Shown one piece after another: positions 11,901 through 26,700 of a stretch of 60,453 bases of DNA. The first letter of the stretch is position 1. The number at the start of each line of letters is the position of its first letter. A model generated the notes under the pieces. That model did not search any database. It had not been told where the DNA came from and worked only from the letters and a program-made list of their open reading frames with translations. The stretch is from Proteromonas lacertae (lineage: Eukaryota). A program made the position numbers and the translations under genes. The stretch spans positions 124,001 through 184,453 of the forward strand of contig NGBS01000881.1 in assembly GCA_002245135.1 (NCBI GenBank). The letters are read 5' to 3'.

Positions 11901-12774
11901 GATTTACCTGTTTGTAAATAAAATGTATATTCACCAGATGTTTCAATATTAATAAATCCATCCAAAGTTCCATTAAATGTTGTAAAAATACCTGAGAAAT
12001 AAATATTATTCATTTTTTAATCCATTGACTTTGATTTGTTAAATCATTAAGATTCGACATTGCACCATTTATTGGAAATGTATTATATACTTCAATTCCA
12101 TCATAATATTGATCACATGGAGTTGTGGTTAAATCATTCAATCTTGTATAAATTCCATCATATAATGTAGGATTTTCAATTTTCACTATCTCTATTTTAT
12201 AAGAAGATTCACCTCCTTCATTTGAACCTCTTACAGTAATTGTTCTAGATTGAGTTGCATCAAAATTACGAAACACTATTCTAGAACCTCTCTGTTCAAC
12301 TCCTCTCAAATTATTTGGACTTATTGACCAATCGTCCTCATGAATGTTCCCTGTTGAACTACATTCAATTTCAGTGTTTATTAAAGCATAAGATGTTAAT
12401 TTTGAAACACCACAATTTATTACAGGAGGATCCAGAACTATAGTTATAGATTTTACTTAATATACCGAATATCATCAAAGAACATGTATCAGCATCATCT
12501 TCTCCCTTATTAAAAAATACTGTAAGTTGAAATGTTCCTGCAGTTCCTGAAATATATCCTGTTGTTTCATCAATCGATAAACCAGTTGGTAAATCAGTAG
12601 ATACTGTGTATTTACCATTCCCCATCCCATCAGGTTTAAGAACATCAATTGTCACATCCTTTTTGAATTGGGGATGATTTGATTCATAGTTAAATGCTCT
12701 ACAGAATACAACAATTAAGCTAACAACTATAAGAATATATGAATATATTGTGTATAGATAAATGTAATATACAT
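8985..12774 (-). pseudogene. Ig (He_PIG-like)/PA14 surface protein, C-terminally truncated by fusion to TPR DNA
   Basis: Signal-like IVVSLIVVFCRA, LPxGLxIDxxTGxIxG repeats, two PA14-like domains and a GVIIRINGREI module. ORFs are joined by ~28-34 nt introns, with a homopolymer frameshift at ~12013. No TM anchor. The start position is approximate. Confidence 0.75.
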
Positions 12775-13519
12775 GAAATGATTTGTTTATTGAAATTCAT
12801 CAAGAAAATACAAAATGAAAAAGTGTTTATTATTTTTATTATGACGCACATCTTCAAGCAATAAACACAACATATGCGACCAATATGCAACCTCTTTAAG
12901 AACATGCATATGTGCATTTAAGTATATTTACTAATCACCAGAGTCGTTTACTAAAAGAAAAATAGAAGATTTCATTAATTGCATTTTCAACAATACATAA
13001 ATGTCATATTTATACATCAATATATAAAGAAGAATAATTTCAACATTTTGAAACTCGCATCTATTAACTATATGTTCATTAACATTCATAAAGATGGAAT
13101 TACATAAACAGAATTAATATCAACCATAACTATATAGCTTTTATTGAAATTTCTATTTAATCATCACATATCATCGCAAATGCAAAATATAATGTTAATA
13201 TCACATAGTTATATATAAGATAATATACTGCTTTTCACTTATAGACAATACTACTAATTAATATTTCTGTGATATAAAAATATATCCAACTATCTAATAT
13301 TAGTTTCTTACATAATATCATATAATGCTACAGCTAAACAAAATAAAAAAAGCATTATTATCAAAATAAATAACCATCTGATTTTATATTATAAATATCT
13401 TTTTTCTATCAGAATATTAATAATATATGGATTGACCACTTCTTCAAACAGAAGAATGTAAGATGATTATAATATTTACTTTGAAATAGTTCCTATTGTT
13501 ACGATGTTCTGTGTTATAT

Positions 13520-13543
13520 CATATATATATATATATATATATA
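13520..13543. repeat. (TA)n microsatellite
   Basis: Direct observation. Confidence 0.9.
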
Positions 13544-13910
13544 TTCCACAATTGACACTTGGTTTGAAAGAAATTAAAGAAATGATAAAATTGAGACTAG
13601 ATCAGATCGTGATTATCAAGCTTCAATTTGAACTTTCTTTTTCTAAAATCTCATGAAATAACCACTTTTTATTTATGAAAATACTTTTTTCATCAATAAT
13701 TCTAGTTATTATTGTAATTCACATGAAATGGATATGAAATATTGAAAATGTAATACAGTTTTGGGTTTATAACATTATCGGCTTTTATTATATGATAAAT
13801 TTAATATGTGGGTTTGGAGATTTGTAATTGGGAATAGAAAATGAAGAAATAATGATATAACATCCATCAAGCCCAAAATATCTCTCAAGCCTAATCAAAT
13901 ATTCATCTCA

Positions 13911-14662
13911 ATGAATAAGATAAAACATATTAGGACATATATAGAGTATGGTTTTATATTATTATATGGATTAGCAAAGAATTAAAAAAAATTCAAAGAA
14001 GTTCAGAATTTGATGTTAATATAGAAAGTATTAAGGTAAAAGAAATGTGGTACATATGTGATTTTTCAAAATATCGGGTTAAATATACTGATTTAAATGA
14101 TTTTAAGAATATAATAGAAAAATTGATTGAAGTATCTTTCTACTAGACTATTTGTTTATAGGAATATGAAGATTGCATCAAAGAAATGTACTTAGGTAAA
14201 TACTTAAAAAAGCATGATATTATATTTTGGAACAATCTTCTTCATTTAGTATAATATTTTGATGTTTTATTATAGATTAACGAAAAAGGAAAGATTAATG
14301 ATGAAGATGCTACAAACTTAATCAAGAAAATCAGCAAGATGTGTGTTTTAGAATCTGATGAAAGTGTAAAAGAAGTAATTCAAAGATTAATATATGCTTT
14401 AATTCAATCAAGCATGCAACAACCATCTAAAAGAATAAGAAGAAGTATTGTTAATGAAAATAATTATGAGTTTAAAAACATGAAAAGAAAAATAAATGAA
14501 ATTAAGAAGAAAGATATATGGAATGATAAATGCGATATTTGTAAGAGGAAAGGTAATTTATTATGTTGTGAAGCATGTCATCGTGTTTATCATAAACAAT
14601 GTGCTGGATTAAAATCAATTCCTAAAGGAAATTGGTTTTGTCCATTATGCAATAAAAAATAA
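13911..14662 (+). CDS. PHD zinc-finger protein (three ~27-30 nt introns; start uncertain)
   Basis: C-terminal CDIC...LLCCEACHRVYHKQC...PKGNWFCPLC is a C4HC3 PHD finger. Upstream exons splice in frame. Confidence 0.85.
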
Positions 14663-14756
14663 ATGTTCTATTATGCTATTTATAATGTAAAAAAAATGAA
14701 ATACAGTTGTAATATTATGAATACTAATTATTTGAATTAAAGCATATGCTTTTTAT

Positions 14757-17700
14757 TTAATTTACTTCATCTAAATCATCCATTTTATCTTCTTTGTTGA
14801 ATTTATTTATACGATAATATCTAATTCCGAAGAATACACCTACTCCAATAATAACCAATACACCTACAACTATTCCAACTATTATTCCAGGATTTATTCC
14901 TTTTTTATCTTCATGATAATCAACATTCATTAATGATGATTCTATTTTATTTGTTTTAGAATAGAATGGATGTGAATGAGTTAGTTCTTTAAAAAAAACT
15001 TCACTATTTAAATAACTGATTAGATCATTATATTCTATTCCATTTATTTCATAATTATCATTCACTACTATTCGTAGATAAACTGTGCATTCTTCAGACT
15101 ATTTTAAAATATAGAATATAAAATATATTAATATATACCTTTATATTATATGATAAAATTAACACTTTATTATAATCAATTCTTTGACTTTCTGAAACTA
15201 TCTTTCTTAATGCATTTTGAGCTTCATATACATAATGAATATCACTAATTGGTGATAATGTTAATCTCAAATTCAAATTTATTGTTCCTACTTTTGGATT
15301 AGAAAATAATTCTACACAATCATCTCTATCTGCTTCACACCATATTGGAGATAGAATATCATTCTCATTATCACAACATTTTCGAGTTTGAAAACCAGCA
15401 TAACCAGATCCACAACTGATTGTTAAATTATTATTTCTCTCAGTTTCTTCCCATACATTCTCTTTTTTACACAATATTAAATCTACTCTTAATGTGATAT
15501 TTGTTTCAATCGATCCAATTGTATTTGTTCCTTTTATTACATAACTTTGATTTTCTTCTTTATTCAATGGATTTCCTAATATTGTTCCATATAATGGATC
15601 AAATTTTAAACCAACAGGTAAATTTGGTTGTATTTTATAGTTTCGAATTGAATTTACTACAGATGGTTTTGATTCATTCATTTCAATACCTCGATAAACA
15701 ATAATTGGAGTTTTATATGTCAGATTTAATGGAGGTAATGGAATACATTCTGATCTATCTATTGCTTGCCATTCTGGTGTTAAACTACCTTTCTTTAATT
15801 CACATTTTCGTTTTTGTTTACCACCATAATCAATTCCACAATTTATTATTGCAGTTTTGTCTATTAATGTTGAAGGCCACTCTCCTTCTTTAGAACATCC
15901 TTCATCATCAACTGAGATATATAAATATGTATAAACTACTTCGATTATTCCATTCACTTTATGCTTTGAATTTCCAGCTGTTACATTAAACCATTGCCAT
16001 CTTAATGGTTCTATTGCTATACCATATATTTCACCACTACTTTCATTAAAAACTAAATTATTTGGTAATGAAGGATATATTTCAAACACATCTGCAAATC
16101 CTACTACTATTGGTGCTTCTTGATATACTTCTTTATTCACACTAAATGATAATCTTCTATTTCTATATTCTACTGAATAAGGAGTACCAGGTGTACAATC
16201 TCTATCATCTATTTCTAACCATTTTGGATTTGCTGCATCTTCACAATATCGACTTCTATAACCTGTATATCCTTTTGGACATAATACAGTCACATTTAAA
16301 CCACGATCTAAATCAGGCCAATTATCATATGCTACACATTTCTCCCATACACTCATTAAGAAATTTAATGAAGAAATACTTATTATTGGATCATTATTAC
16401 TCGTTGATAATATATCCAATATAACACTATCATAATATGTTGTTGCATTTACTAAATCTATTGTCACATTATAATTATAGTTTGAATATTTTATATTATT
16501 CTCACTATTGATGATTGTGTAATTACTTATCACATTATTTTTACCATATAATATCCAACTATTTGGTGCATCTTCATTATATTTAGGTATTTGAATAAAT
16601 AATTTGTTTAGATATACTCCTCTTTGGAAATCACATGTTAATTTCACTTTTGTAACACCTTGTAATTTAAAGATTGTATCTGGATTATTATCAACTAAAT
16701 AATTACTATTCACTCCTTCCATATTTACAGATGATATACAACTAACTCCTTGAACTACACTTGAAAATCCATCAGATATTGTCACTATCATATCAAATAC
16801 TACAAAATCTCTTGTTATATTATTTCGATATAATACCACATTTATACTATTTGTTTCTATATTCATATCACTAGATATTTTTAAATCCACTCCATTGAAT
16901 TTTACATATTTTTCACCTATTACTTCATCTTTATCATTTAATCTATCTCTCCAAATTTCTTTCTTATTGAAATATACTTTTATTCCTTCTTCATATTTAA
17001 ATGATAAATGGATTATACTTACTTTTGTCAATGATGGACCAACATTTATCAATTTCTTTATATATATTTTATTATTCTCAACTAATGATATTGGAATATT
17101 TAATGGTAATATTTGTTCCCAATTCTCCTTATCATATATATTTTCCATCCAATCAGGCTTTGGTTCATTAACACCATCATAACAGTTTATTGTTTCTCCT
17201 GGTGAAACTATTGATTCTACTTGGAAAGAATATCTTGAAGAACCAGAATATACATTGATTGTTGTTAAGATTATTTCACCTTCTAATTTCACATATAATG
17301 GATATTTCCAACCATCATTTCCTTCATCTAATGCTGTTAATGTAAATATATCTTTTGTTAAACAGATATATTGTCTATAAGTTGTATTAGCTTCAGTATA
17401 TAATATAGAAGTTAACACTAAAGATGATTCACTTCTCACTTCAAATGATTCTTCTAATGGCTTATCTCCTGTTTTATGTTCAAATATTACATATAGTTCA
17501 TTACTTTTACATGTATCAATTATTATATTTATTTCATAACTTGATTCCCCTGCATTGTTTGAAGCTTTGATTATATAAGTTCTTTGAGGAACTAATAAAT
17601 ATGGAGTTCCACTAATTATTCCTGTTGAAGAATCTAAATATAACCCATTTGGTAATTCGGGTGTTATTGAATATTCAGAAACCATATTATCTACTTTAGG

Positions 17701-20700
17701 AAATAACTCAGTCATTTCTTTATATAACATTAAAGTCAATGTTGTTATTTTTCTATCTCCTTCATAATAACCACTTATCTTTGGATATTCTAAATTCTCT
17801 ACTCCTATTTCAATTTCACTTTTATAAAATTCTTTAAATTTATCATATCCATATATTGTGTATTTCTGTAATTCTTGAATCTTTCTTGGAATACCTTTTA
17901 TTTCCCCTGTTAATGGATCAAATTCTAAACCATCAGGTAATAATGGAGCTATTTGTAAATCTATTAATTTATCAATACCATTAAACAATGGATAATTTAT
18001 ATCAATTTCTCGATTGATGTAATAGTAGTTCAGAGTATATTTATATGAAAAATCAGGTAAATAATCATTAACACTAAATGATTCTTTAGGAATTGGAGTA
18101 TAAAGATTATTTGTACATTCTTTATTTCTATAATATAACTCAATTCCATGTGGACCATCATTATCAAAATACTTGATTCGGAATGGATATAATCCCATTG
18201 CAGTAGCTGTATTACCTATTTTATATATTTCATCATGACATCCAGAATTATCAACTACCACTTTTCCTAAACCTAATTCTAATGTTGAACCACTATCACT
18301 CCTTATAGCAAAGAACCATTCTCCACTGCATTCTAAATATATATTACTATTCCAAATAACACCAAAATGATCTGATAAAAATGTAGATATACCATACCAT
18401 GCTTCATTTGTTTCATTCAATGGAAAACTAATTACTTCATCAATTCTCTTTGTTTTTATTCTTCCAGATTCATCTATCTTTGGCATATACTTTTTTGAAT
18501 TTTCATTTTTACATATTTGATTATCTAACAAATAATAATCTCCTTTCAAACCATATATAAAATGATCTACATAATTATTAATATATATATATATATAATA
18601 TACCATGAATTATTATATAAATTGTTACTGTACTTGATCCATATTCACTTGAACCAGTTATTGTGTATTTATCATATGATATTTCATTAGCTTTTCCATA
18701 TATCTCACCTGTGTTATTATTCAAGTATAAACCATCTGGTAATTCTTTTCCCATCTTATATACTCTTATTATACCTATCACTTTTGGTAATTTACTTTTA
18801 CATTCTATACCTCTAAAACAAATCACTCTTGGATAATCATCGATTATTGGATAGTTTTCACCACATTCTCTACTATCTATTACATCCCATTCACCAAGAT
18901 TTGGTTGAAATATATCATTCTTTATTAAACATTTTCTTGTCTTATATCCATTTATATTTTCACCACATTTCACTTTTGCTACTCCACCAACAGCTGTTTC
19001 TGGAAAATCTCTATCAGCTATACATTTTGATACTTCTGATTTTAATATAAATTCACACTCTTTACTTCTTTCTTCATTTGCTTCGATCTTTATTCGATTT
19101 TCAGATTCACTTACTGTAACTCCAGATATTGTACCATTCTTATGTAACATTAAGCCTTCAGGAAGAACAGTATTATCAATTAAATTGAATGAAGCTTGAG
19201 AAAGAATACCAATATAAAGTGGAGATATTATACAATATATTCCAATATAACAAGAAACTGAAGATTTTGTATAATTAAACACTAATGGATACTGTTCTCT
19301 ACATTCAGATACTTCATTTTCCCATTTAGCAGGATTTGTTAATAAACATTTTCTTGATTTCTTACCAATTTCAGGCAAATCACAATCAATCACTGATATT
19401 TCGCCTGATTTTGTCTTAGGGTATTTATCTGTCGATTCACAATATAATTGTTCAATTTTTATTGTTATTTCAGATGTTTTCAATGTTAATCCTCTTGAAT
19501 AATAACCACTTACTATGTATTCTTTTGATTCGGTGTTTAAACTATCATCTGCTTTTCCATAGATTTTACCTGTTAATTCATTTATTTTTAACCCTTTTGG
19601 TAATTTGGGAGTGATGGAATAATAATCAATTGAATATGTATTTCCACCAACAACACTTATTTCTTCATTTTCATTATTCTCTATTCCTATATAAAATATA
19701 AATGTTTTGCTATTATAATCTATTTTGGTTGCAAATGAATCTACTACTGATATATATAATAATATTGTTCTTATTCCTGCTGTATTTCTAATAGAAACTT
19801 TATATTCACTTCTTTCACATAATTCTTTTGGATTTCCAGATATTGAACCATCTTCATTATTAAAACTTAAACCAATTAAACTAATATCTGGATCAATTGT
19901 TATACTTCCAATTATTCCCTTTATTTTTGGTTTTATTGTTTCTATATTTTCATTTATTTTAAATGAATATGAATTTTGAGGATAATCTATTGTAGCTAAG
20001 GCTACTTGACATCCACTTATATCTTCTATTCCCCATGTAGCTGGATAACTTGCATAACAAAACATTTTCTTTAACCCTATATAACCTTCATCACATTCTT
20101 TATAACTATAACTACCTGCTTTAGCACTTACATAATCATTCATTGATTCACAAAATAATGTTTGAACAATTATATGTGAATGGGAATTTATATACTTTAT
20201 TATTTAATATTGATAATAATACACATTCATTTACTAAAGCTGGAAGCTTCATCTTGAACTTTTCCAATTATTGTTCCATTATTTGTGAAGAAGATTATTC
20301 CATCATTTAATTGGCATGATAAATCAAATCGATCAAATCCTCCATTTGTCATTGGACTATAACTCATGAGATATCCATAATAGAAATATAATTTATCACT
20401 TTCATATCTACTTTCTGAACCAGGCTGCATACAATTATCTTCTATTTTATCCCAACTTCCATCTTCTAAACATTTTCTTCTTCTATAACCATTTAAACCA
20501 CTTGGACATTTTAAAACCAATGAATTCAATGCAAATGTGGTTTTCCATTCACCAGATGTTGGACATCTTACCATTAATTCATTTACTCCTATCATCTCAC
20601 TTGCTTGAAATCCTGTATTTAATGGACCTCTTATTGATTCAATATCTATTCGATATATTTCAAAAGATTTCTTTGAAAATATTGACAAATAATTCATTTT

Positions 20701-23700
20701 CTTTCTTTCAGATGATATTGTATAGGAATTAACATGAGGAATCTCAAACCAATCGATAATATCTTTTCGATAAGAACCATATACTCTGAATTTATTTATA
20801 TCTCTCTCAGGTGAATCTTTTGCTGTTCCATACCATATTGTATTGAAATTTGTTATAATATTTGGCCAAGCAAATGTTAAACTCAACATTGAACTGCCAT
20901 TTAATGATAATTTCGAAACATAATATTGAGTATTTAAGTCGTTATCAAATAAACTGGTTATTACATCTATCATATTATCAGATTTCTCGGATGATTCGAC
21001 TATCATTGTTGGAATATCTCCTGATAAATAGGTCTTTATCACTTTCATTTCACCGTTTCTCCATTGATAACTATCTAATTTCACTCTCAATCTATCAACC
21101 TCATATGCTGTATTATCAGTATACACAACTAAACCTATAGTATTTGTGTCATATTTCATTATATTTCCTAGTATCTCAATTTCCACATTCTCTAATTCTA
21201 TTGTACATGATTCATATATCGTATTATTCAAATAAATTCCTTTTCGATAGATTTCATGTCCATTCATATATAATACATAAGGACAATCACTGGATATTTT
21301 ACACATCATATATTCAATTTTTGTAATATCTGATGGAGCTGTAAATGAGGTTCGATAATAATATTCATGTAGATCTTTATTTCTTTTAGGAAAATTATTA
21401 TCAATATAAGATATCCAATTATTTTCACCAAAATTATACATCCAACCATTGACTGGGATATATTCACTATACTGCCATTTTGAACCACTATCTATTAATG
21501 AGCTTGGAATACTGAATGAATATACTAATGTTTCACTAAAACTATCATATCTCTTTTCTATCATTAATATATCATTATAATAAACTATCACTTCACTATT
21601 ATCATCCCAAGGTATTAAATTATCACTTCCTAATATTAACTCGAATAAATTACCATTACTACAACTACCTCTCCATTCATCATTATTATTAAAAACACCT
21701 TCAAAATATATTATTTCAGTATTGTTATTATCTTTCAACCTTATCAACATATTGTTTCCACTATTTCCACTAATTATATGAATTTGGATTATTCCATTCG
21801 TTGTACATTTTATTGAATTAAATATTAATGATATTGTATTTGATTGTATTTCATTTTTATCAACAGCTTTTATGCTTATTCTTGTTTCCATAAAATCTAT
21901 ACTTGCTTTTGTATAAATACAACCATTTTCTTTATTCAATTTAAAACCATCAGGAATATAATCACTCTCAAATAAGTAATAACTAATTCCATTGGATGAT
22001 GTTGGACAGATCATTTGAGGTATTCCAACTGTTACTGTATATGAATTTTGAGAATATGATATTGATGGTCGATTATTTTTAGTATGTATTGTATAAGATT
22101 CAATTATTCTAATAATTCCATCAGAATATTCATTATATCTTATTAATTCGCCATCTCGACTTATTTTATATTTTCCACCATGTAAACTACTTGATATTAC
22201 TTTTAATGTTAAAATTTCATTATTATTTATACATTTACCATAATTATAAATACTAAATGAGGATGGTTTTAATAAACTGTATATTTCTTTACCATTTGAT
22301 GAAGAAGATAAAGATAGTTCTACTTCTTTATTGGCTGTTTCAAATTTCATTAATATATAAGAATAACCAGATGCACAACCATTTATTGATATTGTTATTG
22401 ATGAATAACTTAAACCACTTGGATTCATACAATATATTATATATTTCTTGGATATGGATATTGTTGATCTTCCTGTTAATCTTCCATTTATTTCATTAAA
22501 ACTTAATTCTGATGATAAACTTGGTTCTATATAAAAATAACAATTCTTAAAACTGTCAATTTTTGGATTGATTAATATTGGTTCTACTGGAATTATTGAG
22601 TTTCCTACATTGTTTACTATTGAATCAAATCTAAATGATGGAGGTAGTTGGAAATCTGAAAAACCGATTTGGATAGTTGTGAAATATTTTTCATATGATA
22701 ATTCTGAATATACTGTTATTTTATACTCTATTAATTCACTTTCATGAATATTTGGTTTTCCGCTTATTATACCACTTCTTTCATCAAATGATAAACCATC
22801 AGCAATTTCAGGTTCTATTTCATATACTAAATCATCAATTTTACTTAATTCTTCAGATAAAATTGGACTTATAGGGTCTATCTCTATTCCATAGATTAAA
22901 GTCACTAATTCATAATTATAATATATCATTCTCATTGGATAATTATAAAATCTATTGTCAACTTCTACCCCATTATCACTTGACCATCTCAAATCAAAAT
23001 ATGGAATATTTTTCTTGTTTATATCCTTTCCTGTTATTTCGATTTTGTGATAACCCACACTTAATGGAATATCATATTCATAGTTTCCTGATTTTAATAC
23101 AAATTCAATTGAATCATCTATTTCTATTTTCATATTCTCTATTGTTGTTTCTATTATGATTTTATATTCATCAAAATGTAATATATCAATATATCCTTCC
23201 CATTTATAGATTGTTGGTTTTTCACTATTATAACTAATATCAATTCCATTCAGTTCTTTTAAATCAAATGGTAATTTAGTGTATGTTTTTAACTCTAATA
23301 TATTATCATCTTCATCATCTGAATTTTCACTTTCACTTATATAATATCGAAATAATAATCTTTCATTATATTTCTTTTCATTTTTTATTCTTATATTCAC
23401 ATTAACAGATATACTAGACAATGGATTTTCAGCTTTTATTGTATATTCTTTATTCTCATATTCTATTGATACTGAACCTTTTAATTCACATTTCTTATTT
23501 ATGGATAAACCATTTGGTAGATCTGGAATTATACTACATTCAGTTATATCTCCAATTACAACACTTGGAATTATTAATACTTCATGATTTATATTAAATT
23601 GATAATTATTATTTTCATATTCAAATCTTTCAATTGGTCTATAATAAAACACAAAATTATTATCTTCTATTGGAATTCCTTCTAATAAATTGTTTATATT

Positions 23701-26700
23701 ATTATTACTTATTTTCCCATCTTTATTCTCCCAAGTCAATGTTAATTGATGATCATCACTATCAGCATAGAATAATATTCCAAATTCATGATCATCTTTT
23801 TCTAAATACATTCTTGTATCATTCCATTTACCATTATAAGATAATAATATTGGAGATTTAAGATTGTTATCAATAAATAGAAATACAAAATTATCACCAT
23901 ATAGTCTAAATATATATTCTCCTTCATATTTTACTCTTAAGAATCCCTTCCATTGAATTAGATAATTCTCTTCTCTTATTATACCATATGGATAGCTTGT
24001 TTCACCTTTCTCTACTACCCAATCACATAAATTGTCAGGCATATAACCATTTTCACCATCTATTAAACCATTATTTATATTATCCCAATATGGTTCAAAT
24101 GCTGTTATTTGATAATTAAAACTATTACTAAGAGTATAAAATCCAATTAATCTATCCACAGAAAAATCTTTTACATAAATTATTAACGAAAATTCAGATG
24201 ATTTTCCTAATGGATTTGATGCTTCAAATGTAACAGTAACACCTATTCCATTTAATTCTTTCGCTATTCCATTTATTATTCCACTATTCTCATCTAATAA
24301 TATGCCATTCGGTAAGATTCCAGATTTTATTGTCATTCTTTCAAATATTGTATTACATATTGGAGGTAATAATGATGTTGGATTATTCAAATTCAATGTT
24401 ATTCTATTATCATCATAAGGATAATAACAATTCATCAATTTATCATAAATAACTATTGAAATTGTTTGTTCATTATATGCTTCATTCTCAGAATAAAATC
24501 TTATCTTATAATTTCTTTTACTTGAACTAATCATTGTATTTCCTGATATTTTACCACTTCTTTCATCTATTACCAAATTACCTGGTAGTGATGGTTCTAC
24601 TTTTATTCGATATATACTTCTTTTACATTCACATATTATATTAACATCATCACCTACTTTCAATATATTATCATTTGATTTATATAAACATCTTGGCGAC
24701 TCTCCTCTCACACAATTTGAATTATCTATATTCGACCAAATTGGTTTATCATTGTCAACTACTACACAACTTCTTTCACTTTTACCATAATAATTATCAT
24801 CACTACAATCGTCATAAATAACATCACCAATATTTCCATTTGGATTTTCACATTTTGAAGATATTATACTAATTGAGATTAATACACTTTGTAATTCCAA
24901 ACCAGAGTATTTGTATGATCTGATTGTATATGATTTGGATGAGATAACTTCCATCGCTTTTCCACTTATTATACCTGTTTCAGAATCAAATGACAATCCA
25001 GCTGGTAGAATTGATGGATTGATTGTATATACTCCAACTATTCCATTCGTTGTTGGCTTTATTGGTGTGATTGTACTATTCAAATATAATGTAAATGGAT
25101 TTCCATTATATGATAGTGATGATGAATATGATATTTCTTTACAACCTGATCTATCTGCATTATCCCAATTACCACCTGTATTACATATTCGATTTGAATA
25201 ACCTATATAATCTTCTCCACAATCAATGGTTGCTTTATCACCTACTCTTGTTGATGGCCAATCATTTTCAGATTCACAATTATCAGATTTACAGAAATAA
25301 TAATTCAATTCAGTTAATTGAACTGTATTACTACATGATGAGGTGGTTGAACCAGCCACTTCACTTATTTCTATTGAAAATCCATCATATAAATACTTCC
25401 TTTTTAATGCTGTTTCAAATTTAACTTTTGCTTTTCTTGTTAAAGTCATTCCATAACTTGTTTTACTATCTAATTCTACTTTTTCATTATTATCTTTGAT
25501 TCCATACACCTTTCCAACTCTTTGGATCACTATTAGGACAATCTAAACCAGTTATAAATTCATAATTATCTATAGCTTTAGCCATTTCATTTGGAAATAC
25601 TAATGTCATTGTAATTGGCAAAGAATGTGTATATTGAGTTTGAGTATTTAAATCTCTATCTATCATATTGAAGAATTGTTGAGAAATTGATGATTCAACA
25701 TTTGTAGATAGTTTACTTTTATCATATTCATCAGGTAATAATAATCCATAATTACATTTATTTGAGATATTTCGATCATACAACATAATAAAACTAAATG
25801 GATCATTTATTAAACTATCAGAATGGATATGTGTTTCTATTCCAATTATATTCAAATCAGTTTCAAACCAACTATTTGGTAAATGCAATTCATGATCTTT
25901 TATTGTTACTACTTTTGTTGATTCTGTTAATTCATTTATACTGTCTGGCATATTTTTAGAATAGATATTTTCACCATTCAAATATAATATTATTCCACTA
26001 TCATATCTTATATTTATCATATTCTCGATTAAATCACTATAATAGGAATAATCTCTTGTATATATTCGATAATATCTTGTTATTCCTTCTCTACTTGGTA
26101 AAGTAGATAATTTCGTTTTAATCCAATTTGTATTTACTGTTTTATACCAATTATTCTCAAATTTATCACATATTTCCCATCCTGTTTCTTCATTAATTTT
26201 ATATGTATTTATATCGATTCTATTACTAATTCGATTTGCATTTCTCAACATCATATTCACCGTTTCACCTCTTTCATAACCTATTATTATCATTCCATCA
26301 TCCCAACCATTTTTATATTTACTACTTCCTATTACTGTATATATTCCTAATGATAAACATCTTGTAAATCCAAATACTTCATTATTATAAAATCCATCAT
26401 CATAAGATATTATCTTATTCTTTTCATAATCAATTAATTCAAACTGCATTTTATTGCCCATACTACCACCTAATGATCTATAACTAAAATAACCTTCATT
26501 AAATTTACAAAATTCATTTATATCAATTTTTATCACTATATTCGTTGTTTCACCACCTCTATTCATCACTGATATTGTTAAAGAATAACTACCAACTATT
26601 TTTATCATTCCTGATATTACTCCACTTCTAGGATTCATAAATAAACCAGATGGAATATTTGAACTGGATATTTTCATTATTCCATTTGTTATTGTAGTAG

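Noticed and set aside
12800..13900. Hidden gene or ncRNA in the longest intergenic stretch
   Set aside because: One intron-like segment (~13458-13489) but no coherent frame, and no tRNA or rRNA structure recognised.
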